Shown here: piece by piece, positions 14,108 through 21,584 of the stretch | Layout: each line of letters begins with the position of its first letter | How positions within the stretch are numbered: position 1 is the stretch's first letter | NCBI GenBank assembly: GCA_038065155.1 | Contig: JBBTRO010000161.1 | Coordinates: 1 to 32,704 of the forward strand | Direction: 5' to 3' | Length of the DNA stretch: 32,704 nt | Source: Patescibacteria group bacterium | GTDB lineage: Bacteria; Patescibacteriota; Patescibacteriia; Magasanikbacterales; UBA922 | Notes under the pieces: generated by a model | Told to the model about the DNA's origin: nothing | Database searches by the model: none | The model's input: only the letters and a program-made list of their open reading frames with translations | Translations under genes and position numbers: made by a program

Positions 14108-16441
14108 ATGCCATCCGCTTTAGAGACAATCGATTTTTCTCACCTTACCTGGAGCGAAGCAGAGGAGATTTTGAAAAAGAATAATCTCGCTCTCACGGTG
14201 GAGGAAGCGTTAAAAATTCAAAATGAAATTCTCCATCGCCCGCCAACCCTCACGGAGTGTATTTTGTGGTCGATCCAGGGATCAGAACACAGTTCCTATA
14301 AAAGCAGTAGAAAGCACTTAAAGCAGTTCCTAACCACTAGCCAAGACGTCATTTTGGGTCCAGGCGAAGATGCTGGCATTGTGGCCGTGGCAAAAGATAA
14401 TGCGGGCCACCGCTACGGCATTGTGATGAGTCACGAATCGCACAATCACCCATCGCAAGTTGTCCCTTATGAGGGGGCGGCGACTGGAATTGGCGGCAAT
14501 GTGCGCGATGTCTCGTGTATGGGCGCCAAGGTGATCGCCAATGCCGATCCCCTGCGATTTGGCGACATTAAAAGTAATAAAACAAAATGGATTCACGAAG
14601 GCGTCGTCGCTGGCATTGCTGGATACGGCAACCCAATTGGTGTACCAGTTATTGCCGGGGACACATATTACGATGAATCTTACAATGAAAATTGTTTAGT
14701 CAATGTCGTCTCTCTCGGCGTCGTACTTGAAAATGAAGTGATTCATTCACGTGCGCCCAAAAATGCCATCGGGTATGATTTGGTTTTAGTTGGCAAACCG
14801 ACCGATAACAGCGGTTTTGGCGGCGCTAGTTTTGCTTCGCTCGAACTTGACGAAAGTAAACAAGAACAAAACAAAGGTGCAGTCCAGGAGCCTAATGCAT
14901 TCTTGAAACGCCATCTTTTAAAGGCCCACTACACTCTTTTTGAAATTCTCAAAGAAAAAAATCTCATTGATCGTGTCGGATTCAAGGATTTAGGCGCTGG
15001 CGGCATTGCCTGCGCATCAGTAGAGTTAGCTGACGCCGGTGGTTATGGCGCAGAGGTGAACGTGGATTTGATACCAACGAGTATAAAGGGTCTTCACCCA
15101 GCGGTAATTCTGTGCTCCGAGACACAAGAGCGGTATATGTGGGTCGTGCCAAAAGAACTTTCGGCTCTAATTCTCAATCATTACAACCAAACTTTCCGAC
15201 TTCCTGATATTGCCGAAGGCGCATGCGCCGCAGTGATTGGTGAAATTCGACAAGACAGTCAATATATTGTGAAAAGCCGCGGGCAGGAAATTATTCATGC
15301 CAAAGCCAGCGATGTTACTCAGGGTCTTGTGTACGATCGGCCATATCGGAAGCCGGAACGTTCATTCCAAGAACCAACGTTGTCCCCTCCTTCTGAAGGA
15401 GGGGCAAGGGGTGATCAATTCAATGAAACATTTCTTAAAATCCTTTCCCACGAAAATGTTGCCTCCCGCGAACCGATCTACGAAAATTACGACAAACAAG
15501 TGCAAGGGATTACAGTAATTGAACCAGGTGAAGCTGATGCTGGCGTGCTGCGGCCGTTTCACGATGCCAAATATCCAATTGAGATACAGTCGGTTGGAAT
15601 TGCGTTGTCAGTTGACCACAATCCGCGCTATTGCCAGATTGATCCGTATTGGGGCGCGGTGAATGCCGTGGTAGAATCAATTCGCAATGTCGCGGCCGTG
15701 GGAGCCGCCCCAGTTGCTCTCACCGATTGCCTCAACTTTAGTAACCCAGAAAAGCCAGAACAAATGTGGGAATTTGTGGAAGGCACACGGGGTGTTGCCG
15801 AAGCCGGCAAAGCTCTTAATGTACCAATTATTTCTGGCAATGTATCGCTCTACAATGAGACCAAAGGCAAGGCAATCGCGCCTTCACCAGTGATTGCCTG
15901 TTTGGGCACGATGTCTGATGCCAAGCGAGCAATTACTATGCATTTCAAGCAGGTTGGTTCTTTGTTATTTCTTATTGGTGAGAGAAAAGACGAATGCGGC
16001 GGCAGTGTGTATTATCAATTATTCAACCAACTAGGAGCAAACGTGCCAAAGCCTGATTTTAAAGAAGTCGAAAAACAGATGACTGCGCTAACGAATGCAA
16101 TCCAACAGGGCTTAATTCTATCCGCTCACGATATTTCCGATGGTGGCATTGCGACTACACTAGCAGAAATGAGTTTTGGGAATGAAATTGGTGCTGATGG
16201 GGATATTCCTGGTGATCTGCAGAATGATAAAAAGTTATTTGGTGAAACTGGCGGATTTGTGATTGAGGTAGCGTTAGATATGGCTATGAAGATCAAAAAT
16301 TTATTTACCGAAAATCAAGTCCCACTAATTGAGATTGGGAAAACCATTGCAGACAAAAAATTGAAAATGAATAATGTGATTGACGCTGACTTGCTTGAGG
16401 CAAAAAAGAAATGGAAAAATGGACTGAGAGAGAAATTGTAG
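14108..16441 (+). CDS. purL: FGAM synthase II (small PurL) with a short in-frame repeat insertion
   Basis: 777 aa containing ESHNHPS, GGNVRD, DLGAGG and SAHDISDGG. Confidence 0.95.
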   Translation: MPSALETIDFSHLTWSEAEEILKKNNLALTVEEALKIQNEILHRPPTLTECILWSIQGSEHSSYKSSRKHLKQFLTTSQDVILGPGEDAGIVAVAKDNAGHRYGIVMSHESHNHPSQVVPYEGAATGIGGNVRDVSCMGAKVIANADPLRFGDIKSNKTKWIHEGVVAGIAGYGNPIGVPVIAGDTYYDESYNENCLVNVVSLGVVLENEVIHSRAPKNAIGYDLVLVGKPTDNSGFGGASFASLELDESKQEQNKGAVQEPNAFLKRHLLKAHYTLFEILKEKNLIDRVGFKDLGAGGIACASVELADAGGYGAEVNVDLIPTSIKGLHPAVILCSETQERYMWVVPKELSALILNHYNQTFRLPDIAEGACAAVIGEIRQDSQYIVKSRGQEIIHAKASDVTQGLVYDRPYRKPERSFQEPTLSPPSEGGARGDQFNETFLKILSHENVASREPIYENYDKQVQGITVIEPGEADAGVLRPFHDAKYPIEIQSVGIALSVDHNPRYCQIDPYWGAVNAVVESIRNVAAVGAAPVALTDCLNFSNPEKPEQMWEFVEGTRGVAEAGKALNVPIISGNVSLYNETKGKAIAPSPVIACLGTMSDAKRAITMHFKQVGSLLFLIGERKDECGGSVYYQLFNQLGANVPKPDFKEVEKQMTALTNAIQQGLILSAHDISDGGIATTLAEMSFGNEIGADGDIPGDLQNDKKLFGETGGFVIEVALDMAMKIKNLFTENQVPLIEIGKTIADKKLKMNNVIDADLLEAKKKWKNGLREKL
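15384..15414 (+). repeat. Palindromic repeat family copy d (truncated), in frame inside purL
   Basis: The CCCCTCCTTCTGAAGGAGGGG hairpin plus CAAGGGGTGA encodes SPPSEGGARGD. Confidence 0.65.
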
Positions 16442-16505
16442 TTTACAAGAAAAACAAAAGACCGCTCTTTTACAAGCAGTCCTCTGCAGAAAAATTAGAT
16501 TGTTT

Positions 16506-16564
16506 TGTCCACAGCATCCAGCTTCATTTTTCGGAGGAAAAGTGGAGCTAGATCGCCGTGGACA
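16506..16564. other. 59-nt extended hairpin between purL and cassette C
   Basis: TGTCCACAGC/GCCGTGGACA, ATCCAGCTTCA/TGGAGCTAGAT and TTTT/AAAA stack coaxially. The apical loop is CGGAGG on the plus strand (CCUCCG on the minus strand). Confidence 0.55.
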
Positions 16565-16593
16565 CCTCCTTTCTTGTAAGCACGACGATAAAA

Positions 16594-17037
16594 TTAGGGA
16601 TGCCCCTTTCGAATATAGCTGATGAGGAGTACGAGGCCCGTCGCGTTCGCGAGAAAAGTCGCAAACGCTTGAACCAACTCCATGACAGCGTCGGTAATCT
16701 GCGTATCGTCAAAACGAGAAGGCTTCTGGTCTATTTCCAGCTCACCGTTCTGGAGCTGAATAAAAAGCTCCTGTACACCGCTTCCCCGAATACAGGCGCT
16801 GATTTTGCGGCAGGAGTGCTCCGGTTGGCGGATTTGGATGGAAACTGTTACACCTCGTCTTTCCGCGAGATCGCAGAGTGATTTCATGCAGTGCATGAAC
16901 AGAGCATCTACCATCCTCTGATCACGAGCCGCAGTACCGTCCAAAGACAGGTTGTAGGCAGAATCGACCGTGAAGCAAAGATCCTGGCCACTAGATTCCA
17001 TCCGAACGGTCGCCGAGTGCATGACCTTCTTGCTCAT
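16594..17037 (-). CDS. Orphan protein C2 (147 aa), second gene of GC-rich two-gene cassette
   Basis: The ATG at 17037 is preceded by GAGGAGGTGGTGAA. It overlaps the C1 stop by 4 nt (ATGA at 17034-17037). No family recognised. Confidence 0.55.
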   Translation of the reverse strand: MSKKVMHSATVRMESSGQDLCFTVDSAYNLSLDGTAARDQRMVDALFMHCMKSLCDLAERRGVTVSIQIRQPEHSCRKISACIRGSGVQELFIQLQNGELEIDQKPSRFDDTQITDAVMELVQAFATFLANATGLVLLISYIRKGHP

Positions 17038-17420
17038 TTCACCACCTCCTCGAGAACGGCACCGAGCCACTCGAGCGCAGTTTTGATCAATTTCATCCCC
17101 TCCTCTGTGATACGCGCCGGATGGGTGGAAGTGTCCTCCCCACTGAAATGAACCGACAGGATGGTACGGTCCGCAGGCGAGAAAAACATCATGTTACCCA
17201 CATTTATGACTCCAGACATCGGCAACTGACAGGATTCGGGAATCTGTCCGCCACAGATGGCGAGAAGACGCCTGATCACATCGAGTAGAACCAGAATCTT
17301 TATATCCTGGTCAACATGGTAGTCAAGAGAAAATCCACGGTCGGCTCGGACACTGAGCTGGAAGAGCTCCCTATCCCCGTGTTTATGAGTTGTCCACAAA
17401 GAAATGAGTACCCTTTTCAC
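17034..17420 (-). CDS. Orphan protein C1 (~128 aa), first gene of GC-rich two-gene cassette
   Basis: The GTG at 17420 is preceded by GGAGG (5-nt spacer). An alternative GTG at 17447 would give 137 aa. No family recognised. Confidence 0.5.
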   Translation of the reverse strand: MKRVLISLWTTHKHGDRELFQLSVRADRGFSLDYHVDQDIKILVLLDVIRRLLAICGGQIPESCQLPMSGVINVGNMMFFSPADRTILSVHFSGEDTSTHPARITEEGMKLIKTALEWLGAVLEEVVK

Positions 17421-17490
17421 TGTCACCTCCGCAACAGAGTAAATCACTAAAAAAAATATTCGTCAATTACTTCACTTATTGTCAAGTACT

Positions 17491-18525
17491 ATGCCCATAA
17501 ACTACAAAACCGCCGGCGTGGACATTGATAACGCCAACGAAACCAAAAAACAAATGGCTGATGATTTGAAAAGTGATGACAAGCGCGTACTCAACAAACT
17601 CGGCGCCTTTGCTTCGCTTTACGATATTAAATTTCCGGAATACAAACACCCGCTCCTGGTCCTAAAAACCGAAGAGCCCGGCAGTAAACAATTGCTGGCG
17701 ATTCAATATGACAGAATCGAAAGCATTTGTTTTGACATGATTAATCATTTGGTGAATGATTGTATTGTGATGGGGGCAAAACCACTGACGGTTCAGGATG
17801 CAATTATTTGCGGCAAGCTTAAAAAGGAGGTCGTTTTGCGCATGGTGAAAGCAATGTCGAGAGCCTGCCAGGCGCAGGGCTGCAGCCTGACCGGCGGCGA
17901 GACATCCGAACAGCCTGGTGTCCTTGTGGAAGATACCTATATTTTGACATCCAGCATCGTTGGCATCGTTGAAAAAGAGTCTGTCATCGACGGCAGTCAA
18001 ATTATGGTGGGTGACAAAATTTTGGCTTTGGAATCCAGCGGGCTCCATACCAATGGCTATACGCTCATTAGAAAACTCATTCAAGAAAATCCCAGCCTAG
18101 TAAATGAAAAAATCGGCGACACAAAATTCATTGAAGCCGTTCTGGAACCTCACCGCTGTTACTATAATGCCATTAAAGATCTTTTTCCCACAAAAAAAAT
18201 CACTGGCCTGGCTCATATCACTGGCGGCGGCATCAAAGAAAATTTGAACCGTATTTTGCCAAAAAACATGAACGCAAAGGTGGATTTAAGTCTTTATCAA
18301 ATTTTACCGATCTTCAAATTTTTGAAAAGCTATGCCAAACTTGAGGATGCTGAATTGCTCCGAACATTCAACATGAGCGTCGGTCTAACCATGGTAGTAA
18401 AAAAAGAAGCAGTTGGGGAAATAATAATGTTTATCCAGAAAAAAGGCGTCAATTGCTATGAGATTGGAGGTATTGTAGATGGCAATGGCGTTGTAGAAAC
18501 TACTGGCCAATTACGTTATGACTAA
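17491..18525 (+). CDS. purM: AIR synthetase
   Basis: Contains YKTAGVDI, the NHLVNDCIVMGAKPL region and LTGGETSEQPGV. The ATG at 17491 is preferred over the TTG at 17479. Confidence 0.92.
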   Translation: MPINYKTAGVDIDNANETKKQMADDLKSDDKRVLNKLGAFASLYDIKFPEYKHPLLVLKTEEPGSKQLLAIQYDRIESICFDMINHLVNDCIVMGAKPLTVQDAIICGKLKKEVVLRMVKAMSRACQAQGCSLTGGETSEQPGVLVEDTYILTSSIVGIVEKESVIDGSQIMVGDKILALESSGLHTNGYTLIRKLIQENPSLVNEKIGDTKFIEAVLEPHRCYYNAIKDLFPTKKITGLAHITGGGIKENLNRILPKNMNAKVDLSLYQILPIFKFLKSYAKLEDAELLRTFNMSVGLTMVVKKEAVGEIIMFIQKKGVNCYEIGGIVDGNGVVETTGQLRYD

Positions 18526-19879
18526 AATCGCCATCATCCAATTTCCCGGCAGTAACTGTGAATCCGAATCTATCCGAGCGATAGAGCAAGCTGGCATGGA
18601 AGCCGAGGAATTTTTATGGAATCGGAATCCCGAAGACCTCAAACAGTTTGATGGTTATTTTATTGTCGGCGGATTTTCTTACGAAGATCGTTCACGAGCT
18701 GGGATTATTGCCGCGCTTGATCCGCTGATGCCGTTTATCCGAGCCGAAGCGGAAAAAGGTAAGCCGGTCCTGGGGATTTGCAATGGCGCGCAAATTTTGG
18801 TCGAAACTGGCATGGTGCCTGGGCTTGCAGACAATGCTGTGGGTATGGCTCTGGCAGTAAATAAGCGTATCCAAAACGGTAAAGTGCTTGGCACTGGCTT
18901 CTACAACGCCTGGGTACATATTCAGCTAGCAGTTCCGAGCGAATCGTCAGCCTTTAGCCTGCATATGAAGCCAGGAGAATATATCAAAGTGCCGGTGGCC
19001 CATGGCGAGGGTAGATTTATCATTCCTGGTGCATTGCTTGAAGAAATGAAAGCCAAAAATTTAACCTTGTTTAGATACTGCGACGCAAACGGAAGTATTT
19101 CTGAAGAATTTCCAATCAATCCCAACGGTGCAGTCTATAATCTGGCCGCTGTTACCAATGTTCAAGGCAATGTTACGGCCATGATGCCCCATCCCGAGCG
19201 CACCGATGCCGGCCAGCCGATTTTTACATCGATGCGGGAATACATCCAAAATGAAAAAAAAATAAATATAAATAATCCCTCTACTCGTAGGAGAGGGCAG
19301 GGTGAGGTCTCAACGAGTGTCGATCCGACTCCATTTGTATTTACATCATCCATTCTTGAACTCACTCCCTACTCCCCCACCCACCACTCCTTTCAACTCA
19401 CCACCACCCTCAACATCACCGACAACGAAGCTATCACTGTCCGAAATACCCTAAAACAATTAGGAATTGATTGTGAAATTAAGCGTATGACCCACTGGGA
19501 AATCACAGCCCAGCCAAATACAAATCTCCAACAACTTGAAGAACGCATTATCGCTTCTCAAGAGTTATTTAACCCACGGAAGGAAAATATAATCAATTTT
19601 CCTCCCCTCGTAGGGGAGGGTCAGGGTAGGGTCTCAACGAGGGATGGCAGAGAAAATACTCTCCTTATTCGCTATAAAGACGACTTCATCGGCCAACAAA
19701 AAGAACAAGCCCTTCACGATCGCTTTGGCCTTAGTGACATCACTGATCTGAGGCACGGCACCCTCTGGAAAATCTCTGCCCCCCGTGATACCATTGAGGC
19801 CACAGTACAGCGGATTCTCGATACCCATATTTTGTTTAATCCGTACTCACAATCGTGTTTTACCTATGGATTATACTGA
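18518..19879 (+). CDS. purQ: FGAM synthase glutaminase PurQ fused to two tandem PurS-like domains
   Basis: Residues 1-~250 are PurQ (GICNGAQIL nucleophile, MMPHPER). PurS-like unit 1 spans ~19330-19595 (NITDNEAITVRNTLKQLGID...ELFNPRKENI). PurS-like unit 2 spans ~19645-19876 (QQKEQALHDRFGLSDITDLRHGTLWKI...ILFNPYSQ). Repeat copies lie at both junctions. Confidence 0.85.
   Translation: MTKIAIIQFPGSNCESESIRAIEQAGMEAEEFLWNRNPEDLKQFDGYFIVGGFSYEDRSRAGIIAALDPLMPFIRAEAEKGKPVLGICNGAQILVETGMVPGLADNAVGMALAVNKRIQNGKVLGTGFYNAWVHIQLAVPSESSAFSLHMKPGEYIKVPVAHGEGRFIIPGALLEEMKAKNLTLFRYCDANGSISEEFPINPNGAVYNLAAVTNVQGNVTAMMPHPERTDAGQPIFTSMREYIQNEKKININNPSTRRRGQGEVSTSVDPTPFVFTSSILELTPYSPTHHSFQLTTTLNITDNEAITVRNTLKQLGIDCEIKRMTHWEITAQPNTNLQQLEERIIASQELFNPRKENIINFPPLVGEGQGRVSTRDGRENTLLIRYKDDFIGQQKEQALHDRFGLSDITDLRHGTLWKISAPRDTIEATVQRILDTHILFNPYSQSCFTYGLY
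19277..19317 (+). repeat. Palindromic repeat family copy e, in frame at the PurQ/PurS-1 junction
   Basis: CCCTCTACTCGTAGGAGAGGGCAGGGTGAGGTCTCAACGAG encodes PSTRRRGQGEVSTS. Confidence 0.85.
19601..19641 (+). repeat. Palindromic repeat family copy f, in frame at the PurS-1/PurS-2 junction
   Basis: CCTCCCCTCGTAGGGGAGGGTCAGGGTAGGGTCTCAACGAG encodes PPLVGEGQGRVSTR. Confidence 0.85.
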
Positions 19880-20843
19880 TCAAATCAGAAAACAATTACA
19901 CAATTGCCTTACGGAAACCAACTTCGAAGTCGGCAAAAAGCGAGTCGGAAAAGTCAGGGATACCTATGAACTACCTGATAAACTTATTTTAATTACCACA
20001 GATCGCCAGAGCGCTTTTGATCGCGTCCTCGCCGCCATCCCGTTCAAAGGTCAAGTTTTGAATCAGACGAGCGCCTGGTGGTTCGAGAAAACGAAACACA
20101 TTGTACCAAATCATGTCCTTTCCGTCCCCGATCCAAATGTCACCATTGGCAAAAAATGCACTGTGTTTCCAGTTGAATTTGTCGTACGTGGTTACATCAC
20201 CGGTACTACAAGTACATCAGCCTGGGTGAATTACCAAAATGGCATGCGTGATTACTGCGGCAATCTTTTGCCAGAAGGACTCAAAAAAAATCAAAAATTT
20301 GCAGCGCCTCTTGTGACACCAACGACGAAAGATGACAAACATGACCGTCTCATTAGCCCAGCCGAGATTGTAAAGGAGGGACTTATGACCCAAGCAGAGT
20401 GGGATTATGTGAGTAAAAAGGCACTAGAACTTTTCACTTTTGGCCAAGAGGTTGCGGCTAGAAACGGTCTTATTCTCGTGGATACGAAATACGAGTTTGG
20501 TAAAGATGCCAATGGTGTCATCACAATTGTCGACGAGATGCACACACCAGATTCCAGTCGCTACTGGATTGCCAAAAGTTATACTGAACGTTTCGCGGCC
20601 GATCAAGAGCCGGAAAATATTGATAAAGAATTTTTACGGCTGTGGTTCAAAGACCACTGTGATCCATATAATGACAAGGAGCTACCGCCAGCGCCGGAAG
20701 AATTGGTTATTGAGTTGTCACGACGGTATATCCAGTTGTACGAGATGATTACGGGAGAAAAATTTTTATTTCCGGATGAAGAGCTTCCAATTGAGAAAAG
20801 AATTAAAAAAAACCTACTCCAAGGCGGCACTTCAATAATATGA
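19866..20843 (+). CDS. purC: SAICAR synthetase (long form)
   Basis: Contains GKVRDTYELPDKLILITTDRQSAFDRVL and LVDTKYEFG. The ATG at 19866 overlaps the purQ-S end by 14 nt. Confidence 0.92.
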   Translation: MDYTDQIRKQLHNCLTETNFEVGKKRVGKVRDTYELPDKLILITTDRQSAFDRVLAAIPFKGQVLNQTSAWWFEKTKHIVPNHVLSVPDPNVTIGKKCTVFPVEFVVRGYITGTTSTSAWVNYQNGMRDYCGNLLPEGLKKNQKFAAPLVTPTTKDDKHDRLISPAEIVKEGLMTQAEWDYVSKKALELFTFGQEVAARNGLILVDTKYEFGKDANGVITIVDEMHTPDSSRYWIAKSYTERFAADQEPENIDKEFLRLWFKDHCDPYNDKELPPAPEELVIELSRRYIQLYEMITGEKFLFPDEELPIEKRIKKNLLQGGTSII

Positions 20844-20867
20844 AAGAAGCACCAGAGGGTAAAATGA

Positions 20868-21185
20868 GTGAACAGGAAAAAATGTGGCTCGGAAAAAAAA
20901 ATTGACGACGTTATTGAAGCGTATTTGGCTGCCTACATTGCAGAGGCTGGTGAACCGCTTGAAGTGTATCTTATAGGCAGTAGCCTCAAGAAAACGACCT
21001 ACGACGGTGGGGACATTGATTTGGTCTTCATAACAAATGGCCCCTTGACAACATCGCGGCAAAAATTTACTTCACCTTCAGACTTCGCTCGTTTTCTGGG
21101 AATTATTCATGAGCAGGAAGTACAGTCAACCGATGAAGAATATAAAAAATTTTTATTAGCCAGAGGTTATAAAAAAATTAAATAA
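20868..21185 (+). CDS. Small Pol-beta-type nucleotidyltransferase-domain protein (start uncertain; see A9 tract)
   Basis: LIGSSLKK...GGDIDLVF fits the GS...DxD minimal NTase signature. The GTG start at 20868 is as listed. The upstream ATG at 20864 is out of frame by one base across an A9 run. Confidence 0.5.
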   Translation: MNRKKCGSEKKIDDVIEAYLAAYIAEAGEPLEVYLIGSSLKKTTYDGGDIDLVFITNGPLTTSRQKFTSPSDFARFLGIIHEQEVQSTDEEYKKFLLARGYKKIK

Positions 21186-21192
21186 AACAGGT

Positions 21193-21582
21193 ATGAAAAT
21201 GATCCTCATCTTAGGCTCAACCAAAGACGAAGAGCACGCCAAAAAAATTACTGACGCACTCGATGCATTCGGTATCGAACACGAACAGTATGTCGCCTCC
21301 GCCCATAAACAAGCTCGAGAAGCATTGGCGATTTTGGATAAGTATAAAGACGAAAAAGTTATTTATATTACGATGGCTGGGCGATCCAACGCACTCTCCG
21401 GATTTGTAGCTGGCAACTCGGACAAAGTCACCATTGCCTGTCCCCCATTTACTGACAAAACTGATCTGCTGGTCAATATCCACTCCACGATCCAAATGCC
21501 AACCAATGTGCCAGTAATGACCATTTTAGAACCTGCGAATGTGGCATTGTCGGTGAAAAGAATAATGGGACTTGTTTCCTAA
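21193..21582 (+). CDS. purE: PurE-family AIR carboxylase/mutase, short divergent form
   Basis: Contains ILGSTKDEEHAKK...VASAHKQ...ITMAGRSNALSGFVAG...IQMPTNVPVMT, which is collinear with the PurE core motifs (GS.SD, SAHR, AG.AAHLPG, VQMP.GVPV). Confidence 0.8.
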   Translation: MKMILILGSTKDEEHAKKITDALDAFGIEHEQYVASAHKQAREALAILDKYKDEKVIYITMAGRSNALSGFVAGNSDKVTIACPPFTDKTDLLVNIHSTIQMPTNVPVMTILEPANVALSVKRIMGLVS

Positions 21583-21584
21583 AT

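Noticed and set aside
16536-16620. A small plus-strand ORF (GTG at 16542, 26 codons) behind the GGAGG in the hairpin loop, and a 10-codon minus-strand ORF (MKLDAVDKTI).
   Set aside because: Both are too short and carry no hydrophobic or otherwise recognisable peptide signature. The GGAGG-to-GTG spacing is short, and the region is better described as a hairpin.
16558-17151. Plus-strand ORFs 16558-16881 and 16891-17151 in cassette C.
   Set aside because: These are shadow frames of the minus-strand gene pair. They lack an RBS, whereas the minus genes have GGAGG sites and an ATGA coupling overlap.
19277-19641. Inteins or introns as the explanation for the extra segments in PurQ-PurS-PurS.
   Set aside because: The inserts are only about 13-14 codons, lack intein splicing motifs, and are members of a DNA-level repeat family that is also found intergenically.
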